Shown: piece after piece, positions 14,651 to 27,064 of the stretch
Layout of the letters: every line of letters starts with the position of its first letter
Position numbering within the stretch: the stretch's first letter is position 1
Origin: Malacoraja senta
Lineage: Eukaryota
Length of the DNA stretch: 64,000 nt
NCBI GenBank assembly: GCA_038087875.1
Contig: CM075989.1
Location: 16,432,001 to 16,496,000, forward strand
Direction of reading: 5' to 3'
Translations under genes and position numbers: made by a program
The notes under the pieces: model-generated
What the model was told of the DNA's origin: nothing
The model's database searches: none
What the model saw: the letters and a program-made list of their open reading frames with translations, nothing else

Positions 14651-15972
14651 ACTGGATAATAGCTGCAGACAAGAGAGTGTTTAAGTTTTGCGTTCTTTTC
14701 AAAACCAAGAAAACTGATGAACTGATCTAAGAAAGTGGAACGGGCACTTCGACTGAATCAAAATAGAGGGGACTAAAACAAAGGGAAGAAATACTGGTTC
14801 AATCTGCTTTACAGCAAAGGAGATGCAAAATCTGGTAACAGATATCAGAAACTGTGAAAAGAACAGACAATTTAATGTGGTCAAAACTAATAAAGCACTC
14901 GGAGATCCAATGGGATAATTGATCAAAAAACAGGCAAAGACTGGAACAGTCAGGCAGCATCTTTACAAAGAGAAGTACGGTAGTTCTTATCTCAATTTTA
15001 CAATGAGAAGTTATGAAAGTGGAAAAAAAAAAAAAAGTTTTCACACAAAGGGTGGTGGGTGTATGGAACAAGCTGCCAGAGGAGGTAGTTGAAGCTGGGA
15101 CTATCCCATCGTTTAAGAGACAGTTAGATAGATACATGGATAGGACAGGTTTGGAGGGATACGAACCAAGCACAGGCAAGTGGGACTAGTGTAACTGGGA
15201 CATTGTTGGCTGGGTGGGCAAGTTGGGCCAAAGGGCCTGTTTCCACACTGTATCACTCTATGACTATGACTAAAACTCAACCGTCGACATTAAAGTGGCA
15301 ACTTTTAGAATTGCATGAGGAGATTGAAGAATTTAATCTGAATCAAGAAAGACATGTTTACATGTGCTGTTTATTCTGACATGTTTTTCAGTCAATGGCA
15401 TACTTCTGAAGAGCAGTTACTGAGGCAGCATGGGGAATGTAGCGGCCAATTTGCACATTGCAAGTTCCCTCAAAAGCCAGCCTGACAATATCCAGATAAT
15501 GCGATTTAGTCATGTTCAAATTTAGGTCGACTCACTCTACAAAAATGTTTAACTTGATCAATTGTAAATGTAGCACTGCTAATATGCTCATTCACCAGGC
15601 ACAATTGGAACACTATTTGTCCCACCTTAGATTTTTAAATTCATGTTTGATCCATTCCTGCAGAGAATCATAGAGCTATACAGAAGAGAGCAGGCCTCTC
15701 AGCCCACTTAGAAACATAGAAAAATAGGTACAGGAGTAGGGCATTCGGCCCTGCGAGCCAACACCGCCATTCAACAAGATCAGAGCTAATCATCTAAAAT
15801 CAGTACCCTTCATTCCTTTAGCTTTAAGAGCTAAATCGAACTCTCTTGAAAACATCCAGTGAATTGGCCTCCACTGCCCTCTGTGGCAGAGAATTCCACA
15901 GATTCACAACTCTTTGGGTGAAAAGGTTTCTCCTCATCTCAGTCCATCTTCACTATCTGCAAAACCACTCAC

Positions 15973-16031
15973 TTTTGTATCCACGCAGAAACTTGTTAAT
16001 CTTGCCCTGTATGTTCTCATCTGAATCATTT
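15973..16031 (-). pseudogene. Candidate further degenerate FAM81A exon (59 bp)
   Basis: Strong splice signals (tttatttttattatag|...AAA|gtgagt). One frame ends VDTK, resembling human LLDTK, at the expected position in exon order. Similarity is otherwise weak. Confidence 0.4.
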
Positions 16032-17559
16032 CTATAATAAAAATAAAATGCAGATGCTGGTTTATACCAAAGATAGACACAAAGTGCTGGAGTAACTCAG
16101 AGGGTCAGGCAGTATCTCTGTATGAAATGGATAGCTGACATTTCTGGTTGGCACCCTTCTATATTTACTATCCAACCATTTTTATTATCTTTACTGAAGG
16201 TATCTGACATTAGCTGATGTGGGTTTTTTTGATCAGCCTCATTATAAATATCAATCACGTTCGATAAATTCCTCAAGAAAGGGAGTGTAAAAACAGGTTT
16301 TAATTGGTACCACTGACAAATATTCAGTGGGTGTGTTTTAGCAAGGCTTGTTTTGTGGCTTGGTTGCCTCCCTGCATGATCAATTGACAAAATTGTGCAA
16401 GTATTTCCAGTGCAATTTCATAATCAGTAAGATGCTTTTGAATGCAAAATCATTAAATAGATGGAGGAGACAGACTTTCATGTAAGACTGTTTTTTTACA
16501 ATATAGCTGCCATATTGATAGACTGTAATGACGTCTCGTTATAATGTAACTACTAAGACAGGATTTGTTGAATGAGGCAACCATAGTCCACTTCAAGCCA
16601 GAATCTGTTCTGGCCCAAAATTCCACTTTTATCAATTTATAATGTCCACATCAACATTTGGGCCTCTGACATTACCATAAATTGGGGGAGGGGGGAGGGG
16701 GGTGGGGACTATCAAAATCGCACTCAACAGGTAATTCACCTAAATGAAGAGACTAAAGTCAGAACACTTGCCATGATGGCCTTGATGAACCTGGTTGACA
16801 TTGGTCCACACACTAAACTTTGATGTTTACCGTGTACGCTATTGCTCCTTAACATTAGTGTGGACGTCTCCATACCAATGCCACATATCTGGTGGAAGCT
16901 CAGTCTTTAAGCATTGTGGCATCAGGGATGTCATCAGGTCGACAATAACTACGCCGACATTCGCAGTAGGGTGATCTCATGTGATTTTTGTTTATTATCT
17001 CTCCCTCTCTTCTCTTTTCTTTTATTTGGTTGTGACCTCAGCTCAATGAGGTGCTGAGATTTGGTGCTGAGGTTTGGCCTCTCCTGGCCTATCTGCCGGT
17101 GATGGGGATCGGAGCAGCGCACGATGGAGGAGGGGCTGCCACAGTATCCTACATCTAAATAACTTGCAAATTAAACAACAATAATAAGGACTGTCACTGA
17201 TGATTAAGGTTTAGCTTGAGAAGAGGAGGTTTACTTTGGAAGAGGAAGGCCAAAGATCGACGGGTTGGTGGTGGAGAGAGTCAGCAACTTCAAGTTCCTG
17301 GGCGTGCATATCGCTAAAGATCTGTTCTGGACCGAGCACATTGATGCAATCTTAAAGAACTTCCTAAAGATACTTCCTAACAATCATCAGCCTATTGAAC
17401 ACTACGAGTTCTAACTAAACTACAAACTACAAACTGTCTTGGTTGCACGAGGGTTTTCAGGCTTTGGGTTTTTTTATTTACTGAACTTTTGTTTTGCTTA
17501 TTATGTTATCTATTGGGTACTGTGTTTACAAACCTGTTGTGCTGCTGCAAGTAAGAATA

Positions 17560-17675
17560 TATCTCTTGTTTCCCTTATCCCTAACCAGTCTGAAGAAGGG
17601 TCTTGACCCGAAACGTCACCCATTCCTTCTCTCCAGAGATGCTGCCTATACTCCAGCATTTTGTGTCTATCTTCA
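17560..17675 (+). mobile_element. Penelope-derived short element with intact hammerhead-like core at 17590-17617
   Basis: CTGAAGA-A-GGGTCttGACCC-GAAA-CG-TC, flanked by direct repeat agtaagaat. Confidence 0.8.
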
Positions 17676-18147
17676 GTAAGAATTTCATTTGTTCCATTTC
17701 AGTACATATGACAATTAAACACTTGACTCTTGACTCCTAGCAGATCTAGTCTGGTGCTCTTGCACCAAGATTTGTTGGGAATTGGCTTACAGTCACCAGA
17801 TTTAACAGTCAGCAAGCTTTTCCAGCCCACTCTAACAATAGAATACCTTGTGAACAACCCTGAGTATCTTCTGCCATGAAATAAAAGTATTCATACACAG
17901 GTAGGGCATAGTAATCTGCTCAACAGCCAAAGTAGTTGTCAATCAATTAAGGAATTTACAAATGTACTTTGTAATGTAGAAATGTGACTGCCAATTTGTT
18001 CACAGCAAGCTGCCACTCGCCCGTACATATTAATGAGGCGATGATAATGTTGACTGATCACTGACGATAATTCATAGGTTCTTCGATAACAGTAAAGATC
18101 AAAATTACTGAAAGAGTGTAACAATATGATTTTTTATACATTAATGT

Positions 18148-18561
18148 AAACATAGAAACAAGAAACATAGAAAATAGGTGCAGGAGTAGGCCATTCGGCC
18201 CTTCGAGCCTGCATCACCATTCAATATGATCATGGCTGATCATCCAACTCAGTATCCTGTACCTGCCTTTTCTCCATACCCTCTGATCCCTTTAGCCACA
18301 AGGGCCACATCTAACTCCCTCTTAAAGATAGCCAATGAACTGGCCTCAACTACCTTCTGTGGCAGAGAATTCCACAGATTCACCACTCTCTGTGTGAAAA
18401 ATATTTTTCTCATCTCGGTCCTAAAAGACTTCCCCCTTATCCTTAAGCTGTGACCCCTTGTTCTGGTCTTCTCCAACATCGGGAACAATCTTCCTGCATC
18501 TAGCCTGTCCAACCCCTTAAGAATTTTGTACGTTTCTATAAGATCCCCCCTCAATCTTCTA
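18148..18561 (-). mobile_element. CR1-clade LINE 3' fragment
   Basis: RRLRGDLIETYKILKGLDR...TRGHSLR...FFTQRVVNLWNSLP; (tttctatg)n-type tail. Confidence 0.9.
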
Positions 18562-18645
18562 AAAACAGCTATTGGGAAATCTGACACTGGAAAGTTTAAT
18601 TTGTAAATGTTTTCATCAAACAATATGTATTATATTTTGGTTAAC

Positions 18646-18774
18646 CTGCTTTCAACATCCTTTATTTTTCCTTCCAAGGTCACTTTTGCTTCTTGTTGCT
18701 CACTGCTGTGGCTCTGAATGCCTTCATATATTCTCAGCGGGTCAACTGACAGTTTGACAATGCTTGCATCACAC
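18646..18774 (-). pseudogene. FAM81A: FAM81A-like exon (129 bp; apparently 1 nt short)
   Basis: ccatag|G TGT GAT... encodes (R)CDASIVKLSVDPLRIYEGIQSHSSEQQEAKVTLEGKIKDVES against recalled human [44 protein letters not shown]. Ends AGCAG|gttaa. Confidence 0.85.
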
Positions 18775-19873
18775 CTATGGGTGGAATCAATGGCAGAATC
18801 ACTCAACGCCCTCATCATCACGTTGACAATTGAACCAAATATCTGCAGGTGACATTACGCTGAGTTAATTTTCCAACAGCAGGACAATAGCCGAAGGGAT
18901 GCCTCAAAAGCTCCAGCTATTTCCTGTGACATGCAGCAGCTCTTGCTCAGATATTTCAACTTAGTTCAAGAAAAAGGCGGAATTAAAATTTCTCTTATAA
19001 CTATATTGACTAAAGTATAGCTAGTTTGAACTGGGTCAGTGCTGTTCCCATTTACAGAAAAAAATCAACAGGTCCCTTTGACCATTACTGTGACAATATT
19101 TTTATTAACAAAAATGAAACTATAAATCTTTCTCCTTAATTGATTGGTTCTTTTATATTTTAATCTTAAATCGATTCATCGATAATGATAAACATATTAA
19201 GTCGCAATAAGTTATGGCGTACTGAAAAATAAATGATTACTGGGTTAGTGCATGATCGTGGAATGTGCATTTATATCATGAGTTCCTAATTTTAGCTGTA
19301 CTAATCACAGCAGATATCAAATACATGTGTCTGAACTGAAATCAAAGACCAAAGGAGCCTTAAGCTATTAGCAACTGACTTCAACGTGATGTGTCACAAA
19401 AAGTTACGGAACACTTCACGTGTATAATTCTGGCCCAGTATATTGCTCCGATCAGGAAGAGAGTGGATCACTGGCTCAGGGATGGAATGTACAGGAAATT
19501 GTCTTCGCATTTGCCCTCCAATTTAAGTTATGAGTTTAGGTGTGAGGATCATAGTAATCAATAAGGTTGAAAAATAAAGTACAGTGATGCATGTATATTT
19601 CTGATACAGTGTCTTCAGAATAGATTGAAAAATTGGTAGAGAACAAAAATATTTTTTGGTCAAAATTGTGGATGTCCTCAGCATCATTTGTAACAGGTTT
19701 GTTTTACTAAAAAGATGTTTTTTAAAATAAGGAATGTAAAACATTGCACAGATACACCCAACAAATTCCTACTCACAAAAGAAAGCAGCACTGGCTGATC
19801 CAGTGCAACATTTCTCAGGTTGCTCAAACCAGTCAAATGCTCCAGGCCAGATAACCTGCTTTTCCAGTCTTAC

Positions 19874-19945
19874 CTTGCCACCCTTCCCAAAGATCTCCAC
19901 TGCTACCCAGATGATGCATTTCAAGAGGTTTCACCATATTGTACG
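19874..19945 (-). pseudogene. FAM81A: FAM81A-like exon, 3' half only, with 1-nt frameshift
   Basis: NMVKPLEMHHLGSSGDL, then TG-GGA AGG GTG GCA AG|gtaag (GRVAR after a one-base shift), against recalled human [24 protein letters not shown]. The 5' half is replaced by repeat sequence. Confidence 0.8.
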
Positions 19946-21050
19946 GTTCGTTCCACCGGGTGGTGCCAGCAATGGCTGTCTCGCCAACAGTCTGTCCCTT
20001 CCTTCTTTGTGTTTTAATGATATGTGTTAAATGTATGTTTTTAGTGTTCTTTAGCTTGTTTTATGTGGGGTGAGGGATGGGGGAAACTTTTTCTAATCTC
20101 TTACCTTGACGGAGATGCAATTTTTTTCCGTATCATATCTCCGTCCGCCCTGTTGCCTAACATCGAGGAGTTGGCGGCCTTTGCTGTTCTTTATCTCTCC
20201 ACATCACCGTCCATATCTCTTGTTTCCCTTATCCCTAACCAGTCTGAAGAAGGGTATCGATACGTTGCCCATTCCTTCTCTCCAGAGATGCTGTCTGTCC
20301 CGCTGAGTTACTCCAGCGTTTTGTGTCTACCTGAAGAGTTATTTTTAGTTAAGACTGACAACTCCTCACACTCCCTAATTAGAAGTGTTAACTACATATA
20401 TTTCTATAGTTAGACACAAAATGCTGGAGTAACTCAGTGGGACAGAAGAAGGGACTCGACCCAAAACGTCACCCATTCCTTCTCTCCAGACATGCTGCCT
20501 TTCCTGCTGAATTACTCCAGCATTTTGTGTCTAATGCAGTGTGCTGCATGGTCTTAGGTTGTCCAAAAGTGTTTTACATAAAGAACTTTTGAAGTATAGT
20601 AACTGGAGACACAAGAGATGGCAGATGCTGGAATATTGAGCAAAAACTAAACAGCTGGAGGAACTCAGTTGGCCAAGAAACTTATGTGGAGAGAAATGGG
20701 CTGATGATTTTTTTCAGTTCAGGACCCTTCTTAAAGTCAAAGATGGGAGTCAAAGTCAAGACTGGAATATAATGACTGTTATCGCATATGAGTAGTGTTG
20801 GCAGTTCTGCACAAAGAGCTCTGTCATTCACCAATGTGGTAATGGCTTGTTAATCTCTTATCAATATGAAAGGGAGTTGAGGGTTAAAGGTAACCTACTG
20901 TGTGATTATAATGTAAATGGTTGTTAAATCTACATAGAAGGAGTCATAGAAGAGGATTTGGTTATGGATTAGCCACACACAACCCTCTGTGAATTCTCAG
21001 TCTGAGTTATGCCACTGAGTTATGGAGTCATACAGCATGGAAACAGACCC

Positions 21051-21378
21051 GTGTTAAAGAAGGAACTGCAGATGCTGGAAAATCGAAGGTACACAAAAAT
21101 GCTGGAGAAACTCAGCGGGTGCAGCAGCATCTATGGAGCGAAGGAAATAGGTAACGTTTCGGGCCGAAACCCTTCTTCAGACTGATGGAAACAGACCCTT
21201 TGGCCCAACTTGTCCGTGCCAATCAATGTGCCCAATCTACACTCAGTCTGAAGAAGGGTTTCGGCCCCAAACGTTGCCTATTTCCTTTGCTCCATAGATG
21301 CTGCTGCACCCGCTGAGTTTCTCCAGCATTTTTGTGTACCTTTGATTTTCCAGCATCTGCAGTTCCTTCTTAAACTCT
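21051..21378. mobile_element. Two Penelope-derived short elements (21051-21184 minus; ~21245-21378 plus) inserted in a CR1 3' tail
   Basis: The first has TSD atggaaacagaccc at 21037-21050 and 21185-21198. The second is flanked by tacactc. Confidence 0.85.
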
Positions 21379-21639
21379 TATACACTCTTCCCACCTGCCT
21401 GTATTTGGCCATGTCCGTCTAAACCCATCCTATCCATGAGGAAAGATGAAAATAGGAATCCAGTTATTTGTGATACAAAGACAGGCAAATTCTAAGTGGG
21501 AATTTTCCATGCTAATCCCAGTCAATTTTTGGGCCTCTTGATCCCTATTGGAATTTAGTTTAACATTAGAAAGAAAAACAATAAAGTAATATAAATATAT
21601 TACATATGTATCAATGTTTTTTTAACTCAGATTAATTTG

Positions 21640-21940
21640 CGGCGGCACAGTGGAGCAGCGGTAGGGTTGCTGCCTTACAGCTCCGGAGACTCCGGGTTCG
21701 ATCCTAACTACGGTTACTGTCTGAACAGAGTTTGTACGTTCTCCCTGTGACCACTTGGGTTTTCTCCGGATGCTCTAATTTCCTTCCACACTCCAAAGAC
21801 GTACAGGTTTGTAGGTTAATTGGCTTGAATAAAAATTGTAAATTGTCCCTAGTGTGTAGGATAATGTACATCGTGATCACTGGTCGGCATGGACTCGGTG
21901 GGCTGGAGGCCTTTTTCTGTGCTGTATCTAGTCTAGTAAA
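21640..21940 (+). mobile_element. V-SINE (HE1-like); another plus-strand copy at ~55829-56120
   Basis: ggcggcacagtggagcagcggtag head, ggttcgatcc B box, V-domain and CR1-like tail. Confidence 0.85.
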
Positions 21941-22973
21941 TTGTATTTATTCATAATTCATTTACAATCCACATTTTAGCATTTATTTTGTATTTATTAG
22001 GGAGAGATGGTTGTTCTGACAAAGCTGACATTTACTGCTCTTTGCTTTCTATTCTGTTCAACTTTGACACAACTGATTAGCCTGCTGGGCATCAAGAAGA
22101 CAGACATGGGCCAAGGTTAAAGGGCATTTGTAAACCAGTTGGATTTTTATTACAAAATTGAAATATTATTTTGTTGCACTGAATTTAAATTATTTAACTC
22201 TAGACAAATGGAATTTGATATGTCTTCAGCTCGGAGTTATTTCTAGTTCTCAGTATGTAATCACCATTCTACCATATTAACTGACTTTTTGCCTTTGCAC
22301 AATCAGACTTCTGGAAAAAGTCGGATTTAGTTCAATCCAGGAATAAGGGTTGCAAATCTTATAACAACAGAGCACTGCATTTATTTCCTTAACAGAGAAA
22401 AGAAATAAATATTTATGTTCATACAAAACCTCTCCCAAACCTCTCAGGACATTACAAAGCTCTTTACTGCTATTTACGTTTTTTTTTAATGTTGACAGCC
22501 TGCAATGCAAGAACGCATGAATCAAGCTGCATACAAGCAGCTACCAAAACCTGTTTTCAGTCTTTCTGAGCAAGGGCTAAATTTAGACAGAACACCAGGG
22601 ATAAATCACATCCTATTCTTCAAATACCTGCCCTGGGATCTTTCAGTTCCACCTGAGAGAGCAGAACAGGCCTTGTTTGAATGTCCCATCTGAAATACAA
22701 ACATCTCTGAAAATATTCCCCCAGTAGTACATTGGTATGTCTCTGTATTGGGATTTAAATTCACAACTGTCTGGTTCTGATGTAAGAGCATAAATATCCA
22801 AATGCTTTGTGATAACCATCTGAAGTGTGGGATATTAAACTGCATGTCTGTAAACTTAAGCGTTTTATATTAAATTAATTATTTTTCTCCCATATGGCAG
22901 CAGTTAACCATTTGTTCTGCCCTTACAAATTGCATGAAACAAATGAAATAGGATGAAGATAAACACCTTGATC

Positions 22974-23712
22974 TCCTCCCCTGTCTGCTTTCCACAGAGA
23001 CCGCTCCCTCCGTAACTCCCTGGTCAATTCGTCCCTTCCCACCCGAACCACCCCCTCTCCGGGCACTTTCCCTTGCAGCCACAAGAAATGCTACGCTTGT
23101 CGCTTTACCTCCCCCCGCCCCCTTGAATCCATTCAAGGACCCAAGCAGTCTTTCCAGGTGCGGCAGAGGTTCACCTGCACCTCCTCCAACCTCATTTGTT
23201 GCATCCGCTGCTCTAGATGTCAGCTGCTCCACATCAGTGAGACCAAGCGTAAACTTGGCGATCGCTTCGCCGAACACCTTCGCTCGGTTCGCAATAACCA
23301 ACCTGATCTCCCGGTGGCTCAGCACTTCAACTCCCCCTCCCAATCCGAATCCGACCTTTCTGTCCTGGGCCTCCTCCATGGCCAGAGTGAGGACCACTGT
23401 AACTTGGAGGAGCAGCACCTCATATTTCACTTGGGCAGTTTGCACCCCAGCGGTATGAACAATTACTTCTCTAATTTCCGGTAGTCGCTACTTTCTCCTC
23501 CCCTTCTCAGCTCTCCCTCAGCCCACTGTCTCCACTTCCTTTCTTCATCCCGCCCCCCTCCCCCCTCACATCAGTATGAAGAAGGGTTTTGACCCGAAGC
23601 ATTGCCTATTTCCTTCACTCCATAGATGCTGCCTCACCCGCTGAGTTTCTCCAGCATTTATGTCTACTATCGATTTTCCAGCATCTGCAGTTCCTTCTTA
23701 AACATTTTGTCT
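22974..23712 (+). mobile_element. 5'-truncated Penelope-like retroelement: GIY-YIG endonuclease C-terminus + 3' terminal repeat
   Basis: ORF 23158-23484 FTCTSSNLICCIRCSRCQLLHISETKRKLGDRFAEHLRSVR...PVAQHFNS...LEEQHLIFHLGSLHPSGMN has the Penelope GIY-YIG pattern (CxxC, degenerate YIGET, RFxEH, HF, PxGMN). Direct repeat accttgatc at 22965-22973 and 23713-23721. Confidence 0.9.
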
Positions 23713-23992
23713 ACCTTGATCGAGTAAGAAAGCTTTCAAATGGTGAATAATTGATTTCTGGCGCAGCTGTTTTAATACTGTTTGCGGAGAAGACTGAGGT
23801 CACTGACTAACTACATTAGTTTAGTAAGCTGAACAAAGGTTGTGTATTCTGCAATCAATGGCTCTCCTCTGAGCCCTGCAGGCCTCTCCATATCTACATG
23901 GGTCACACAAGGAAAATGATGAATATACTTATCATTCAAGAAACAAGGACCTGAAGATGCTGCTTTACAAAGAAAGAACACACAGTGCTGGA

Positions 23993-23993
<1 letters not shown>

Positions 23994-24049
<56 letters not shown>

Positions 24050-24860
24050 TCTTTTATTGTCATTGCACATACGTGCAACCAGATTTGGGTATGCAGCTTC
24101 CAACCGATGTCATAAATTAAATAACTAATAAAATTTAGATTTAGATACCCCGAGAACATGGTTTGTAAAAAGAACATTAAAACAGTCAAAACAGACTAAA
24201 GTGCAGATGTGTCTTTGCGACGTGACCATCCGAGGGAAACAGTCCATGGGGGGGGGGGCACTCAGCAGGGCCGGTTCAGAGCCGCTATAGCTCTGGGAAT
24301 GAAGCTGTTCCTGAGTCTGGAGGTGCGGGAGTAAAAGGCCTTGTAACGTCTGCCGGAAGGAAGTAGTTCGAACAGTCCATTACAAGGGTGTGAGGAGTCT
24401 TTATGGATGCTGATGGCCTTCCTGAGGCATAGTGTGTGGTAGATGCCCTCCAAGTCTGGTAGCTGTGTCCCAATAATCTTCTGCACTCTGTGGACGACAC
24501 GCTGAAGAGCTCTCCTCTCTGCCTCCGTGCTGCTGAGATACCACACAGAGATGCCATATGTTAGGATGCTCTCTGTGGTGCAGCGGTAGAACGTTGTCAG
24601 CAGCTGTTGGGGCAGACCAGTCTTTTTCAATGTTCTCAGGAAGAACAGTCGTTGCTGTGCCTTTTTGACCAGCGCAGCGGTGTTGTTGGACCATGTGAGG
24701 TCCTCTGAGATGTGAGTGCCCAGAAACTTAAAGCTGGACACTCTCTCCACACTGTCCCCGTAGGTGGAGATTGGGGCATATTCCCCATTCTGTGACCTCC
24801 TGAAGTCGATAATCAGCTCCTTGGTCTTGGAGGTGTTTAGTGACAAGTTGTTACGTGTTC
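23994..24860 (-). mobile_element. 5'-truncated Rex1/Babar-type LINE with (ATT)n tail
   Basis: Open ORF 24262-24846 LNTSKTKELIIDFRR...FKFLGTHISEDLTWS...KKAQQRLFFLR...LPSGRRY...RTSRLRNSFIPRAI. AATAAA precedes the trinucleotide tail at 23994-24048. Confidence 0.9.
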
Positions 24861-26311
24861 ACGCAGTATCTCTGGAGAACATGGATAGAATCATAGAATC
24901 ATACATCGTGTAAACAGGCCCCTTCGGCTCAACTTCCCACATCAACCAATATACCCCATCTACACTATTCCCACCTGCCTACATTTGGCCCATATCCCTC
25001 TAAACCTATCCTATACATGTAGCTCTCTAAACGTTTCTTCAACGTTGTGATATCTAAATGTTTCCTAAACATTGCGATAGGTGACATTTTGGGTCAGAAC
25101 CCTTCTTCCGACTTCATTTGTCTGATTGAATTCAGCCTTAACAACTTTCTAATCAAATTTGGCATCATTCAGTCCAACACAACCTATGTGCTCCTGCATA
25201 TGGGGTCAACACTCCCATGACAGTGTGTAAAATCTAAAGGGTGTTCAAAAGCATCTCACTGATAATATTTTGAGAGCACTTCTTAACCATGGCATTAAAA
25301 ATAAAGAGGAATTGGATCAACCAAATCAGAAAATTGGGATATTTACCACATGTATTTTTCTCTGCAGGATCAATATTCTTGGATTCAAAACAAGATCTGT
25401 TGTGGTTCAAAGAGAGGACTTTAAAAAATACACATGAAATATATACTGCAGTTGATCTCCCCTGAAATATGTCCATTTAAAAGGTTGCAGAAGTTTGTTT
25501 CTAAATATATTTTTATATATAACTAGTATTTCTTACACAAGGAAGCAATTTGAATTTTACGGCTTGAGAATTTTGCTCAAAAATGATTAACAGATCTTCA
25601 TTTGGAGTTATTTCAACACTGGAGGCTGCTGCAGTGAGATTCTGAGAATTTAAAGCACCACTCAGTCAATGTGGAAAGGAGAAATGGAAATCTAAACCAG
25701 GTGATAAATAAAGCAATGCACAAATCGAAAATCATTCAACTACACCAGTGTTTAATGCAGTTTTCTCGGGTTATTCTTGACTGAATTAATACTGATTAAC
25801 CAACAGAATTGCTTTTATATTTTGAATCTCAACATTAAAATGGCTCTATTACAATATGAATCTCAGAGAAAATACAATACTACAAACAAATTTGAAGACA
25901 ACTACTAAATGAAGCATATTAAAATTTGTGTTTGCAAACTAAATATACTGTATATTGAATGAATGTTGTTTCTCACATATGGTGGCAATCAAACATTCAT
26001 TCTGTCCTTACAGATACTACAAAAAAGGTGAAATTTTGATGTACTTTGATGTAGCCAGCAAGGAGATGTAGCATTTGCACTGAAATAACCAATTAGTGCA
26101 AGAGTTCAACTGTGGAAACTACATGACTGAATCTAAAGAAGGTGAGTGAGCATCTGAAAACCTACGACAGTGAGGACATTTTCTTTAATTATTTACTGCC
26201 ACAGCTACATTTATATTGCTTGCTGAGAATGCTAAGGCCATGTGTATGGAAATAAATATCAATACCATGAAATTCTAGAGTGCCTATTATGTGAAAATGA
26301 AATGTATGATT

Positions 26312-27064
26312 GTTCATGTTCATAGGTTCAAGGAGCAGAATTAGGCCATTCAGCCCATGATGTACACACCGCCATTCATATCTTTGCCTCCAAACCCCAT
26401 TCTCCTGCCTTCTCCCCATAATCCCTGACACCCACACTAATCAAGAATCCACCAATATCCATTGATTTGGCCTCCACAGCCTTCTGTGACATGAATTCCA
26501 GAAATTCACCACCCTCCGATGAAATAAATTCCTCCTCATCTCCTTTCCAAAGATACGTCTTTCATTCTGAGGCTATGGCCTCTGGTCCTAGACTCTCCCA
26601 CTGGTGGAAACATCCTCTCCACATCCACTCTATCCAGGCCTTTAATTTTTCGGTAAGTTTCAATGAGCCCCCCCCCCCCCCCCCTCAAACTTCTAAACTG
26701 CAGCGAGTACAGACCCAGTGCCGTCAAACGCTCATCATATGTTAACCCAATCAATCATTCCTGAGATCATTCTCGTAAACCTCCTCTGGACCCTCTCCAA
26801 TGCCAGCACATCCTTCCTCAGATATGCGGCCCAAAACTGCTCACAATACTCCAAATGCAGTCTGACCAGTGCCTTATTAAGCTACAGCATTACATCCCCA
26901 TATTTATATTCTATTCCTCTCGAAATAAATGCTAGCATTGCATTTGCCTTCCTTACTACCAATTCGACTTGCAAATTAACTTTTGGGGAATTCTGCACCA
27001 GCACTCGCAAGTCCCTTTGCACCTCTGATTTCTGAATTCTCTCCCTATTTAGAAAATAGTCTAT
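26312..27064 (-). mobile_element. CR1-clade LINE 3' fragment
   Basis: VQRDLRVLV, VRKANAMLAFISRGIEYK, YDERLTALGLYSL and TRGHSL motifs. Confidence 0.88.

Noticed and set aside
19590..19650. SILKTL as the FAM81A SALKTL exon
   Set aside because: Short chance match without splice sites. The true homolog is at 19874-19945.
21640..21715. tRNA gene
   Set aside because: The A/B-box head runs into a V-domain and CR1-like tail and recurs in diverged copies, so it is a SINE head.
22879..23458. 188-aa minus and 111-aa plus ORFs
   Set aside because: Antisense and alternative frames of the Penelope endonuclease fragment.
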